A stretch of 35,536 nt of DNA, taken from positions 1 through 35,536 of the IMG/VR virus record IMGVR_UViG_3300011429_000013, one strand, 5' to 3'. How positions within the stretch are numbered: position 1 is the first letter of the stretch; each line of letters starts with the position of its first letter. The notes beneath the pieces were generated by a model. That model did no database searches and had not been told where the DNA came from. It saw only the letters and a program-made list of their open reading frames with translations. This stretch comes from a virus (Duplodnaviria; Caudoviricetes). A program made the position numbers and the translations under genes. Of this stretch, positions 1 to 8,927 are shown one piece after another.

Positions 1-44
1 GAATCAGAAGACGAATCAGAAGACGAATCAGAAGACGAATCAGA
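1..44 (+). repeat. 12-bp tandem repeat GAATCAGAAGAC (3+ copies) encoding ESED
   Basis: Directly visible; in frame with the vWA gene. Confidence 0.9.
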
Positions 45-1068
45 TTCCGGTTCGACTGGCGAACTAGAACCAGAAGACAATGATCCGGAACCGACAGAAT
101 CGAATGATCCGCAAGTGGGCCATTCTGATTCAAGCGGATCGCCAGAATTCGATCCGGAATCGGTTATTCCACAGATTGACACATTCGAGAATCGCGAGAA
201 TGGCCCACTTCCCTACTATGACGAGCTATCTACCGAACTTGGATATCGTCCAAGTTTAGACGATCACATTGTCATAGAAAAGATTGTTGAGTATGGTACG
301 GAATCGCTCGAAATGGATCGCCGCTATACTAAACTTTCTGAAATAGCTCGTCAACGAACCAACGCGAATATAGGTTATGGCGAACAAAAAACGCGTGGGC
401 GAAATATGCGCCAGTTATACAGGATCGCTACTGACCAGAAAGTGTTTGCTACTCGAATCGCACAAGATACAGTTAAACCGTTCGAGTGTATGCTTATTAT
501 GGATTGTAGCGGTTCTATGACAGATTTTGGCGACAATGGAACCGTCAAACTGATCGACGCGAGCAAGGCAATTTTAGGCGCGGCCACTGGTCTAGAAAGC
601 GGAAAAGCGATTGTATCTGTTTATGGGCACACAAGCGATCCGAATCAAACTAACAAGCAACTAAAACTGTATTCTTTCAAGAATTCAGCGGAATCACTTT
701 CTACACTGGCGCGGCGATTACATTCATTCAATTACGAGCATTACAAATATAGCTATGCTTACAATCGCGATGGTTATGCTTTGTATGAACTTTCTAAAAA
801 GTTCGTCACCACAAACCGCCAGAAGATCATGATCGTTGTAAGTGACGGCGCGCCGAATGGACGCGGTTGGGATTATGACGGACGAACCGCTGAAGCACAT
901 ACAAAACGAATGGTAGACGCGCTTAGAAAGAATGGAATCAAAGTTTATTCTATCTCTATCGATACTTCAGCGTTCGATCCAAACAATCGAATTTATGGCA
1001 CACAGTTCAATACTTGCGCCACTAGCGCGGATTCGATAGATACACTGATTCGCCAGTTGTACGCGTAG
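1..1068 (+). CDS. vWA (CobT/MoxR-associated type) domain protein, 5' truncated by window
   Basis: Frame 1 is open from base 1 (ESEDESED... acidic linker); MIDAS motif MDCSGSM and later VVSDG. Confidence 0.85.
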   Translation, partial: ESEDESEDESEDESDSGSTGELEPEDNDPEPTESNDPQVGHSDSSGSPEFDPESVIPQIDTFENRENGPLPYYDELSTELGYRPSLDDHIVIEKIVEYGTESLEMDRRYTKLSEIARQRTNANIGYGEQKTRGRNMRQLYRIATDQKVFATRIAQDTVKPFECMLIMDCSGSMTDFGDNGTVKLIDASKAILGAATGLESGKAIVSVYGHTSDPNQTNKQLKLYSFKNSAESLSTLARRLHSFNYEHYKYSYAYNRDGYALYELSKKFVTTNRQKIMIVVSDGAPNGRGWDYDGRTAEAHTKRMVDALRKNGIKVYSISIDTSAFDPNNRIYGTQFNTCATSADSIDTLIRQLYA

Positions 1069-1159
1069 GCCACAACTAAAACACTGGTTCCGGTTCGCAA
1101 CTGGCGAACCGGAACCACAGAACCGGAACCACTTAAACCACAGAAAGAAGATCGCCAAA

Positions 1160-1258
1160 ATGCAAACCGCGCAAACTATACTCTATCTAATTTTTGCTGT
1201 AACCGTAATCGCCCAAACAATCTACATCTATGGTTTTAAGAATCGCCGCAAACCATAG
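1160..1258 (+). CDS. 32-aa single-TM small protein (MQTAQTILYLIFAVTVIAQTIYIYGFKNRRKP)
   Basis: ATG..TAG, hydrophobic helix then basic tail, preceded by AGAAAGAAG, followed by a terminator. Confidence 0.6.
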   Translation: MQTAQTILYLIFAVTVIAQTIYIYGFKNRRKP

Positions 1259-1292
1259 AACCGGAACCGCCACAATCGAATAGCTCGAACCA

Positions 1293-1322
1293 GAATGCGC
1301 CAGAAGTGGCGCATTCGTTTTG
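1293..1322 (+). terminator. Intrinsic terminator
   Basis: GAATGCGCCA-gaag-TGGCGCATTC followed by GTTTTG. Confidence 0.7.
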
Positions 1323-1324
1323 TA

Positions 1325-1830
1325 TTCGAGCGGTTCGCCCACGCGCAAAACTGCGGTTAACTTATTTTATGATTATTCATTTAATGAGTAATTGTTATGT
1401 AAAGTTCATTTTCTGGCGATTTTAGGCCACTTCTGGCGATTAAACTGATCAGTCTACTATTTATTCCAGAAGTGGCCTACAATGGGCGATTTTTTGGCCC
1501 ACAATCGATTGTAGGCGCGGAATTCGCGCTACTATTCCACTATTTAGCTATAGCGGCGATTATGGGCGAATGGTTCCAGTTATAGCAACTGTGGGCCACT
1601 TCTGGCGAACGGTTCGCCCACAGTCGCCAGAAGACGAGCTATAGCGCGGCGAATGGCCCACGCGTGGCGAATGCTATAGCTCATTCACTCGAACCGCCAC
1701 GCGTGGCGATTGTGGGCCACTGTCGAATGATCCAGTTCCGGTTATGGGCGAACGGTTCGCAACTGGCGCGGCGAATGGTTCGGTTCGAGCGATTCGCCAG
1801 TGGGCGATCCGGTTCCAGTTGCGGCGAACT
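1325..1830. repeat. Non-coding mosaic of short recurring words
   Basis: GGCCACTTCTGGCGA, GGCGAATGG, GGTTCGC, CTATAGC and GTGGGCC recur in both orientations; no credible ORF. Confidence 0.6.
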
Positions 1831-2061
1831 TAAAATTTTATCTTTGGAAAATTTTTGAGATTTTACCTGATATTTTCGCATAGTCAACGCCGGACCTGCC
1901 TGGACCGGCGGAAAAAACGTGCCGTACCCAACCGGCGACGGCCCCCACTCGCTATACTGCTGAATACATATAATGCCCGTGTCAAAAAATTTTTTATTTT
2001 GGCCTACAACCTGTATATACCCACGAATCCCTGAACGCGTGCATATCCTACACCTACCCAC

Positions 2062-2396
2062 GATCCCCTGAAGCTGTGCCCGCGATCCCTTGATCCCCGA
2101 TCCCTTGATCCCCTGAAGCTCCGCAAATCCCTTGATCCCTTGATCCCTTGATCCCTTGATCCCTTGATCCCTTGATCCCTTGAAGCTGGAGATTCCCTGA
2201 TCGATCCCCGATCCCTTGAAGCGCGAGATTCCTTGATCCCCTCATCCTTTCGGACGATCCCTTGATCCCCTGATCGAATGATCCCCGATCCCCCAACCGG
2301 ATTAGATTTCCTGATCCCCTGAAATAAAAAATTTTTCCCCAATAAAAAATCGCTCAGATTTCTCTGAGCGATTTCCTTGATCCCCGATCCCTTGAA
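2062..2396. repeat. GATCCC(T/C) repeat array including 7 perfect ATCCCTTG units (2127-2182)
   Basis: About 23 GATC sites counted by eye in ~335 bp, nearly all as GATCCC in one orientation. Confidence 0.95.
2344..2374 (-). terminator. Intrinsic terminator after gene 2398-3069
   Basis: Minus strand AATCGCTCAGA-GAAA-TCTGAGCGATT followed by T-run. Confidence 0.85.
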
Positions 2397-2397
2397 G

Positions 2398-3069
2398 CTA
2401 CCGCACTTTGGCCCGCGTGACCTGGCATTCGTGCTTTCCCCGATAGGTCGAATATTCCTTGATCGTTCCCTCTAAAGTATACGCGCTTCCCTGAATCAGA
2501 TTAGTCAACTCAGTCGAAGTCATCCAAACAATCTTATGACCCGCGCCATTTTCAAACTGATATTTATGGCAAACCCCGAACCTAGAATCAAACTGCGATT
2601 TCCCCACAAATATCACCTTGATTCCCTGTAGTTTTGTACCTGGATTCCCCAGAGAATTCGCAATCTCATTCAGAGAAATTTTTTCTTCTGCGCCTTTATT
2701 TTTTTCTTTCTCAAAAGCCTTGATCGCACTTGCCGCATAGCCCATCGTGCGCTCTGTGACTGTCTTGGTTACACCGATATGAGCCAAGTTAAAAAGATAG
2801 CTATCGGCTGCGATATGGCTGGTATCGATTCCCGCCATCCATTCCGCCACCTCTTTGCCCACAACTTTGTCCGAATAGTCAAACGTGAGACTCATGATCT
2901 CTGTTGGTTTGAAGTCGTCCGCCCAATCGAGCGCCAACATTGCTGTGCTTTTCTTGTCCGTTCCCTTGACTTCACTGTTGGAAACATAGCCCAACGCTTT
3001 GCTAATCGCGGATGCGCGAACTAAAAATTTCTCTAACTCGACTGCTTTTAGGGTAGCTGCTGTGTTCAT
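2398..3069 (-). CDS. Phage protein with C-terminal OB-fold-like domain
   Basis: C-terminus ...GHKIVWMTS...LEGTIKEYSTYRGKHECQVTR resembles OB-fold phage proteins; has its own promoter and terminator. Confidence 0.7.
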   Translation of the reverse strand: MNTAATLKAVELEKFLVRASAISKALGYVSNSEVKGTDKKSTAMLALDWADDFKPTEIMSLTFDYSDKVVGKEVAEWMAGIDTSHIAADSYLFNLAHIGVTKTVTERTMGYAASAIKAFEKEKNKGAEEKISLNEIANSLGNPGTKLQGIKVIFVGKSQFDSRFGVCHKYQFENGAGHKIVWMTSTELTNLIQGSAYTLEGTIKEYSTYRGKHECQVTRAKVR

Positions 3070-3097
3070 TCTGTGACTTCTTTCTCTGGTTCTAGTG

Positions 3098-3151
3098 ATT
3101 GTGTGACCGGATAACTACATCTATCATATACGCACGCGTGCGATTTGTCAA
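3098..3151 (-). promoter_or_regulatory. Sigma70-type promoter with conserved box just downstream of the start site
   Basis: TTGACA(3151-3146)-17bp-TATGAT(3128-3123); box TTATCCGGTCACACAAT at 3114-3098. Confidence 0.8.
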
Positions 3152-3415
3152 TACCCAAAACCGGCGAGCGCCGGACCTGCAAACAAATGACCGGAAATCT
3201 CTCGATCTCCGGTCTTTTTCTGAAAATAAAAATTTTTAATCTGTGTAGCCAATGGCAATTTTCTCTGGTAAACTGTCATACTTGCCCTGAACCAATAAAC
3301 ACCGGACTCGGCTGCGCGCTCCTTTGCGTAGGTGGCGAATACGAGAATCTTGCTCTTTGCCATTGCGACGAACATAGCGACAAATACGACAGTTACAGAG
3401 TAAAATTTTCATTTT

Positions 3416-3625
3416 TTAATCCTTAATTTTCTCACAGTCAAAGACGCTCACACTGGTATAGCCCCCATAACTTAAAGCATCGATCCCCTGGCAATTATAG
3501 CGGCTGCCATCTGTACTCTCAATAATCATGGGCTTGGCCTTCACCGGACTGTCCTGGCTGCCGTTGCCGGAATAACCGCACCCTCCAAGCAAAATCAATA
3601 CCAAAACTAAAAATTTTTTTCTCAT
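3416..3625 (-). CDS. Small lipoprotein
   Basis: MRKKFLVLVLILLGGC signal peptide/lipobox; start overlaps upstream stop. Confidence 0.65.
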   Translation of the reverse strand: MRKKFLVLVLILLGGCGYSGNGSQDSPVKAKPMIIESTDGSRYNCQGIDALSYGGYTSVSVFDCEKIKD

Positions 3626-3834
3626 TTTTTCTCCCCCAATTTTGTTTGGGAAATGGGAAGACAGGAAACTCCCCCTGTCGCCAGATAAACCCAACAAACT
3701 ACCCCTGCCTCCGAATCGATATGTCGGGCAATGTGACTATTGACATATTCCTGATTCGCATAGGTGACACTCTCCGCATTTGGCTGGACACAACCAGAGC
3801 AAAGCAATAAAACAAAAAATATAAATTTTTTCAT
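3622..3834 (-). CDS. Small lipoprotein
   Basis: MKKFIFFVLLLCSGC lipobox; CW...GGVSCLPI motif. Confidence 0.7.
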   Translation of the reverse strand: MKKFIFFVLLLCSGCVQPNAESVTYANQEYVNSHIARHIDSEAGVVCWVYLATGGVSCLPISQTKLGEKK

Positions 3835-4118
3835 AAAAGTTTTAACTGCCCCACTTTCGCCCGTCGTGCTCTGGCGATTGCCCAGAGTGTTTTCGGTTTG
3901 CTGGTCGGCGTTGGGCTAAAGTAATTGTAGCTATGGCGAATATATCTCAAATCGCCTACTCTCGGTGTCAGCCATTTTTCCTCAATGACAACCCGTTCAA
4001 AGACCGGAATAAATTTTTTGGCGCACAGATGGCGGATGGCCCGCGTTTTCTCGACTGTCGGATTAGGTGTTCCAAAGTTAGTCATTCTAGCAGTCCTTTG
4101 TATTCGCTGCGATAGCAC
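3831..4118 (-). CDS. Hypothetical basic protein
   Basis: Coupled to neighbours in the minus-strand gene run; start uncertain. Confidence 0.5.
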   Translation of the reverse strand: MLSQRIQRTARMTNFGTPNPTVEKTRAIRHLCAKKFIPVFERVVIEEKWLTPRVGDLRYIRHSYNYFSPTPTSKPKTLWAIARARRAKVGQLKLL

Positions 4119-4405
4119 TCATCAAAACCCACTGTGTAGCCCGTTTTGTAGCCCTCTGCGGTGGCATCAGCGATCTTCCTATCGAATTCCTGCTGTGTCA
4201 TTGTCACTGTCGGCTGTGACGTGGCAATTCTTACAGAGATTTCATCCTGATAGATATTCCAGGCAAAAATATCTTCTTGACCTGTATCATCGCGACGGAC
4301 TTTGGCAATGTTCGTACCATTGCGATAGTCAATTTCTAAGATGGTCGCTGTGACTGTCTTGCCAAACTCTTTATCAACCTGAATTCGATCCCCTGTCTTG
4401 AACAT
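4082..4405 (-). CDS. Hypothetical protein (SH3/KOW-like N-terminus)
   Basis: MFKTGDRIQV start preceded by GGGGA RBS. Confidence 0.65.
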   Translation of the reverse strand: MFKTGDRIQVDKEFGKTVTATILEIDYRNGTNIAKVRRDDTGQEDIFAWNIYQDEISVRIATSQPTVTMTQQEFDRKIADATAEGYKTGYTVGFDECYRSEYKGLLE

Positions 4406-4425
4406 TTTATTTTCCCCCAAAAAAA

Positions 4426-4611
4426 TTAAAAGTTTTCTTCTGGCTCGACTTGATACCACTGTCGCTCACGCTCACGGTCGATTTCGTTCTGCTGTTCGCG
4501 CTCGGCACGCTCATTGCGTTCAGTAATGATTGCAGCATATTCCTCTCGACTGATCTCGAAAATAGCGAACATTTGATCTCCCTGGATGCTCTCGACTCGG
4601 ATGAATTGCAT
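4426..4611 (-). CDS. Hypothetical protein
   Basis: AGGAG RBS; packed gene run. Confidence 0.6.
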   Translation of the reverse strand: MQFIRVESIQGDQMFAIFEISREEYAAIITERNERAEREQQNEIDRERERQWYQVEPEENF

Positions 4612-4621
4612 TTTCTGGCTC

Positions 4622-4858
4622 CTAATCTGCTAAGTAAAAAGGCTCACAATAATTCGGCTTGCTTGCCAAACTCCCATTAGCATCAATATAAAAGGCATGT
4701 TCTTTGACCCACTGCTCATCGCTGACTGCCGGAATTTTTATCCCGTAAGGATTGCGCTTCGGGTAGTTGTTCTCGGTAGTTGGACGATGGACAAAAGCTG
4801 CTTTGACCTGTTTGATTTGATTCAGCGTCAGATTTTCACCCTTGATAAGTTTTGACAT
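4622..4858 (-). CDS. Hypothetical phage protein
   Basis: AGGAG RBS; AAFVHR...SDEQWVKEHAFY. Confidence 0.7.
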   Translation of the reverse strand: MSKLIKGENLTLNQIKQVKAAFVHRPTTENNYPKRNPYGIKIPAVSDEQWVKEHAFYIDANGSLASKPNYCEPFYLAD

Positions 4859-4885
4859 TTTATTTTCTCCTGAAAATTTTATTTT

Positions 4886-5209
4886 CTAGTCGCTACTATC
4901 GACAACGCGCTTTTCACCGCACTTGCTACAGGTGTGTTCGTGCAAACAGCGGCCAATGTTCTTTTCGGTAAAGGTGTGAATACAGGTTTCACTATTGCTA
5001 CCCTTTTCGACATAGCCCCATCCATTACACTGGAAACAATGGGCATCGAAATGTATTCCTGGCCCATAGGCATCGATTTTCAGATGCCAGTGACCGTGAC
5101 CCTTACAGACCGGACAAAGAACCGGATTCTTGATATACTTGATTTTGGAAATGTCTTCGATCTCGATCCCCTCAAATGCTCGTTCGTCGGTGTAAGTCAT
5201 GTATGGCAT
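4886..5209 (-). CDS. Zinc-finger protein (DnaJ-type CxxCxGxG repeats)
   Basis: CPVCKGHG, CFQCNGWG, CSKCG; AGGAG RBS. Confidence 0.75.
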   Translation of the reverse strand: MPYMTYTDERAFEGIEIEDISKIKYIKNPVLCPVCKGHGHWHLKIDAYGPGIHFDAHCFQCNGWGYVEKGSNSETCIHTFTEKNIGRCLHEHTCSKCGEKRVVDSSD

Positions 5210-5448
5210 GGTTTTCTCCTGAGAATAAAATTTTATCTTTGGATTTTTTCGGGATTGCTGTCTTTACGTCATTAAACGATATGCCCGCCATCCGGCTGTG
5301 TGAGGCATAGGAATCTGCGACTCTCCATCTTCAATCCCTGGTAATTATTCAGTTGTAGATCGGGACGGTTTTCTGTGTCTTCGGTTAGGAAAAAATGTCG
5401 CTCTCGACACCGATTTGGAAGACTTTTTCTGTGTCCCTGGTTTTCTGG

Positions 5449-5841
5449 TTAGATACTCCAGCCTTCGCTCTTGACGCCATTTCCCTCTAAGAAATTCTCA
5501 AGACGCTGCACCATTCGATATGTTTCGCTTGCGTAGCAAGCATCTGATTCGCAAGACTGGTAGAGAAAACAGGACACAGCGCCCAACAACCGCGCATCGC
5601 TGATTTTCTCATTCCAGATTTCCTGGCTGTCGGCTGCTGCGCGGCATTCGGCAATGAACGCGCTTAACTCTTTTGGATCGGTTGGCTCATCGTAGCGATA
5701 TTCAACCGACTCGATGTTGAGTTTTGCCATCATTTCAGCAAAGTCGCTCACACTGACTGGCTTGCCCGCGACTTGAAACTTTTCAATCACCCGTTGAGCA
5801 ACGGTTCCGATATGCTTGGCACTACATACAAATGCGCTCAT
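5449..5841 (-). CDS. Hypothetical phage protein
   Basis: MSAFVCSAKHI...NIESVEYRY...CFLYQSCE, a pattern typical of phage early genes. Confidence 0.75.
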   Translation of the reverse strand: MSAFVCSAKHIGTVAQRVIEKFQVAGKPVSVSDFAEMMAKLNIESVEYRYDEPTDPKELSAFIAECRAAADSQEIWNEKISDARLLGAVSCFLYQSCESDACYASETYRMVQRLENFLEGNGVKSEGWSI

Positions 5842-5889
5842 TCTGTAACCTCTTTCTGTGTAGGAAGAAAAAATTTAATTCTTAAAAGT

Positions 5890-6189
5890 TTAGTCGCCAT
5901 CATCGGCAAAGACTGTGACCCAAACCTCTTGGATATAGGTGCGATCCCCTTCGTAGTAGCGTCCTAGTCCTTCATATTCTCGGCTGCGAACAAAAATCCA
6001 ACCGACTTGAAGCGGCTCACTCTGGGAAATGCCCTCAATAAATATCTTGCCTTCACAGCGACCAAATTCGACTTGGCATCGCTTGAAAAGCTCCCCCAAA
6101 GATTCGATGTAAGTTTCGGTAATGGCTGAATCTTCGTAGTGATAGCCCTTCGTCCGGTTTACGTAACTTTCTTGGATTTTGTAGCTCAT
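5890..6189 (-). CDS. Hypothetical phage protein
   Basis: ATGA overlap with upstream gene; EFGRC...VGWIF...EVWV. Confidence 0.7.
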   Translation of the reverse strand: MSYKIQESYVNRTKGYHYEDSAITETYIESLGELFKRCQVEFGRCEGKIFIEGISQSEPLQVGWIFVRSREYEGLGRYYEGDRTYIQEVWVTVFADDGD

Positions 6190-6383
6190 AAGATTTCTTG
6201 CCCATCGTGATAGAAGCGTAGCAATTGACCCTTGACGCTCATCTTCATGAAAACAGGCACTAAATTTCGTGCATTGTGCGGTGAAGCAGCATCGACCACA
6301 ACCACCTCAATCTGCTCTGGCTGAAACTCACCTGTCAGTGGATTTTCCCCCGCTACTGCAACAACCGTTATTTTGTATCTCAT
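6186..6383 (-). CDS. Hypothetical protein
   Basis: First gene after the promoter at 6433-6461. Confidence 0.65.
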   Translation of the reverse strand: MRYKITVVAVAGENPLTGEFQPEQIEVVVVDAASPHNARNLVPVFMKMSVKGQLLRFYHDGQEIL

Positions 6384-6432
6384 TCTATTTTTCTCTCTCT
6401 GGTTCTAGGTTTTCTTGCTCGTTTCTGACTAC

Positions 6433-6462
6433 ATCATACATCACATTATGTGACCTGTCAAG
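6433..6462 (-). promoter_or_regulatory. Sigma70-type promoter with conserved box overlapping -35
   Basis: TTGACA-17bp-TATGAT; CTTGACAGGTCACATAAT at 6462-6445. Confidence 0.85.
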
Positions 6463-6694
6463 CCCCAGAATTTTTGGCTTTCAAAGCTAGTTCGGCCAGT
6501 CGAGTTTTGTTGGCATAGCGTAAGCGTTTCTCGGCTAAGACGGCTCCAGCAGTTTGACCAACAATGTTCTCAACATCGTTCAAATCAGCGTCGGGATGTT
6601 CGACTAAAAATTCTTGGATAAGATTAGCGACACGATCTGAGAGTGTCCCCCCAGGAAAATTTGCTGCGCCATATTCGTTATAAAGTCGGTACAT
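6458..6694 (-). CDS. Hypothetical protein
   Basis: Packed gene run. Confidence 0.6.
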   Translation of the reverse strand: MYRLYNEYGAANFPGGTLSDRVANLIQEFLVEHPDADLNDVENIVGQTAGAVLAEKRLRYANKTRLAELALKAKNSGA

Positions 6695-6697
6695 TTT

Positions 6698-6952
6698 TCA
6701 GTCCCTTTCAACTAAGAGAAGTGCCGCCGCCATTGCTTCCTCAAAACTTTCACCCAAAAAACTATAATAAATTTCTGGATGCGTATTGGTCGTGACTCGA
6801 ATCCAGCCAAAATTACCTTCGTGATCAAAACCAAGAAAAATATCTTGCGCCAGTTCGGGAAAAAGTTCGTGATCGGGATAGCCCCACTCGATAACCTCTA
6901 AAATTTTAGTTAGCTCGGCGCGTCCGGCTAAGTACCCCTCTTTACTAATCAT
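6698..6952 (-). CDS. Hypothetical protein
   Basis: ATGA overlap with the LuxR gene stop; GGAG RBS. Confidence 0.6.
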   Translation of the reverse strand: MISKEGYLAGRAELTKILEVIEWGYPDHELFPELAQDIFLGFDHEGNFGWIRVTTNTHPEIYYSFLGESFEEAMAAALLLVERD

Positions 6953-7323
6953 GATTCCATCTCCAGAAAAGAAACTAAGTCGGCTGTTTGTTCTAGGCTG
7001 CAACCTGTTTTCTTGGCTGCGGTGCGAATCTCACGGACAGAAAAAGATTTTTCTGTCTTATTCTCATAGTTCACAACTTGCTCGATTCGGGTTCCAGCAT
7101 ACATCATGGCTCGCCTTCTGGCTGCTTGACCGTTGCCCTCTCCGGTCTTCATTTCGACGCCTAGCTTCCTATATATATTCTTTAAGTGCCATTCGACTGT
7201 GGGCTTGGGCATGCACATGCGCTCTGCGATCTCTGAGTTCTTCAAGTTCTCGCACAGTAATCTATATATCTCGATCTCTTTTCCCTCCAGGGTATCCCGT
7301 AGGTCATGTACTATAGTAGTCAT
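6949..7323 (-). CDS. LuxR/GerE-family helix-turn-helix transcription regulator (no receiver domain)
   Basis: EIEIYRLLCENLKNSEIAERMCMPKPTVEWHLKNIYRKLGV matches the LuxR HTH signature. Confidence 0.9.
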   Translation of the reverse strand: MTTIVHDLRDTLEGKEIEIYRLLCENLKNSEIAERMCMPKPTVEWHLKNIYRKLGVEMKTGEGNGQAARRRAMMYAGTRIEQVVNYENKTEKSFSVREIRTAAKKTGCSLEQTADLVSFLEMES

Positions 7324-7375
7324 TCTTTCTGGTTTCTTTCTCTGGTTCTATTGGTTTTATGTGAGAATTGACTAC

Positions 7376-7405
7376 ATCATACATTATATTATGTGGTCTG
7401 TCAAC
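7376..7405 (-). promoter_or_regulatory. Sigma70-type promoter of the LuxR gene with box variant over -35
   Basis: TTGACA-17bp-TATGAT; GTTGACAGACCACATAAT. Confidence 0.85.
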
Positions 7406-7414
7406 CGGCAAAAC

Positions 7415-7443
7415 AAAAAAGCCCCGCCGGACCGGCAGGGCTT
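7415..7443 (-). terminator. Intrinsic terminator
   Basis: Minus strand AAGCCCTGCCG...CGGCGGGGCTT followed by T-run. Confidence 0.85.
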
Positions 7444-7478
7444 AGATTCGCTATATTGGCAAAGAAAAATAAAAATTT

Positions 7479-7856
7479 TTATTTATCTAAGATTCGTTTG
7501 ACTCTCTCATCAATCGATCCTCTTTCCCACTCCTTCACGGCATCCTCCAAAGGAATCTCCGTTGTTGGGTCGGCTCGGTACTCGTCTATTGCGGCATCGG
7601 CGGCACTAATCTCAGCCGCCTCCGCCTCTAAAAAATTACGGCTCAGTTCGGCAGCGTCCTCCATTACAAAGTCAGAATTTCGCACATTCCAGCCCGCGAT
7701 ATGTTGCCATAGCTCATCCACTTGATAGAACCAAAAGGCAACTAAAATTGCTCGCAGCGCCCATAGCAAGGCTTTCTCTTGAGAATCAAGTTCGCGCTTG
7801 TCCTGTTTCATCTCTGCGATCAAGTCCAATAACTTCCTCAGATATTTACTTCGCAT
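7479..7856 (-). CDS. Hypothetical protein
   Basis: GGGAG RBS; 125 aa. Confidence 0.65.
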   Translation of the reverse strand: MRSKYLRKLLDLIAEMKQDKRELDSQEKALLWALRAILVAFWFYQVDELWQHIAGWNVRNSDFVMEDAAELSRNFLEAEAAEISAADAAIDEYRADPTTEIPLEDAVKEWERGSIDERVKRILDK

Positions 7857-8427
7857 TTCTCCCTACTTTCCGGCCATTGCCCAGAGAAAAATCCCCATCC
7901 AAGATGCACCCACGATCAAAGCTACAATCATACAGACAAACATCTCCCTTAAAAATTTTTTCATTTTTATTTTCCTAAAACAAGCTCTCTGAAGCCGTGC
8001 CCGTTATTTCACGGCTCCAGAGAGATTGTTGGTAGAATATGCGGCAGTTTGCAATCTCCTAGCATACTTCATTTCGGTTACATACCTTACCCCCTACTCA
8101 CTCAACTTCCCGTTCGGATACTATATTCAGTTGTTATCTTCAAAGCCAACGCTACAATTGGCCCAAAGAACAATATAAAATTTTAATATTCTACTTGATA
8201 GCCAAGCTCTCGCAATGCGGCTACTTTCGCTTCAACTTCTTCTTCTTTGACTTTGATCGTGTTCCAGGTCGTCCACTCCGGTCGCTTATATCTAATAATT
8301 CTGCCGTTCATTTTTTCCTCAGAACAACCCAAACAATTTTTTTCTTCGCCCACCCAACCGGAAAAACGGTCGGCTACTTCGTTTTGGTTTTCTTGCCCAC
8401 TTTTTCGCCCACAGTTTACGTCCCATT

Positions 8428-8685
8428 TTAGTTTTCTCCAGGCAGATAAAAATTTATCTTCTCGGTTTTATGCGACTCAACATACTTCAAACTCGTACAG
8501 GGAATCTCTAAATCAACAGGCCATTCATCCCCGCTTATGTTTAATGTGACATTTTCCTGTCCCTCTCGGACTGTCAAATCAAATACCGCCATAACATCCT
8601 TGAAAAGAACACCTAAAGGATCGAAACAATAAATTTTTGTTCCGTCTCTCAAGACGATGGTCAATCTATCTTCATTCGCCATCAA
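8428..8685 (-). CDS. Hypothetical protein
   Basis: Overlaps upstream stop; packed run. Confidence 0.6.
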   Translation of the reverse strand: MMANEDRLTIVLRDGTKIYCFDPLGVLFKDVMAVFDLTVREGQENVTLNISGDEWPVDLEIPCTSLKYVESHKTEKINFYLPGEN

Positions 8686-8927
8686 GCATCGTCCCCATAG
8701 CCATCATCTTCGTCGTCATCTGGATCAACCAGGCTGTCATCATCAAAATCGTCGTCGTCAAAGTCATCTTCTACCCCAGGGTCAGGATAAATACCCCAGT
8801 CTTCTTCTTCGTCGTCGTCGTCTTCATCATCATCATCATCTTCTGGCCCAACCAATGCCTGTGGAATAACAAAAACAGGTCGGCTAACTCCGTGAAAGTC
8901 ATACTCACGATCCCAGGTAAACGGCAT
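8682..8927 (-). CDS. Extremely acidic small protein
   Basis: GGAG RBS; C-terminal ~50 aa dominated by D/E. Confidence 0.7.
   Translation of the reverse strand: MPFTWDREYDFHGVSRPVFVIPQALVGPEDDDDDEDDDDEEEDWGIYPDPGVEDDFDDDDFDDDSLVDPDDDEDDGYGDDA

Noticed and set aside
1664-2061. ORFs 1664-1858 (+) and 1681-2061 (-)
   Set aside because: They cross the repetitive mosaic and a compositional boundary, with no RBS or protein-like pattern.
2004-2342. ORFs 2004-2342 and 2054-2296
   Set aside because: They are translations of the GATCCCTT repeat, downstream of a terminator.
1888-3180. 12-bp direct repeat CGCCGGACCTGC (1888-1899, 3169-3180) flanking the GATC array and one gene
   Set aside because: Only two short copies and no recombinase or transposase; insufficient to call a mobile element.
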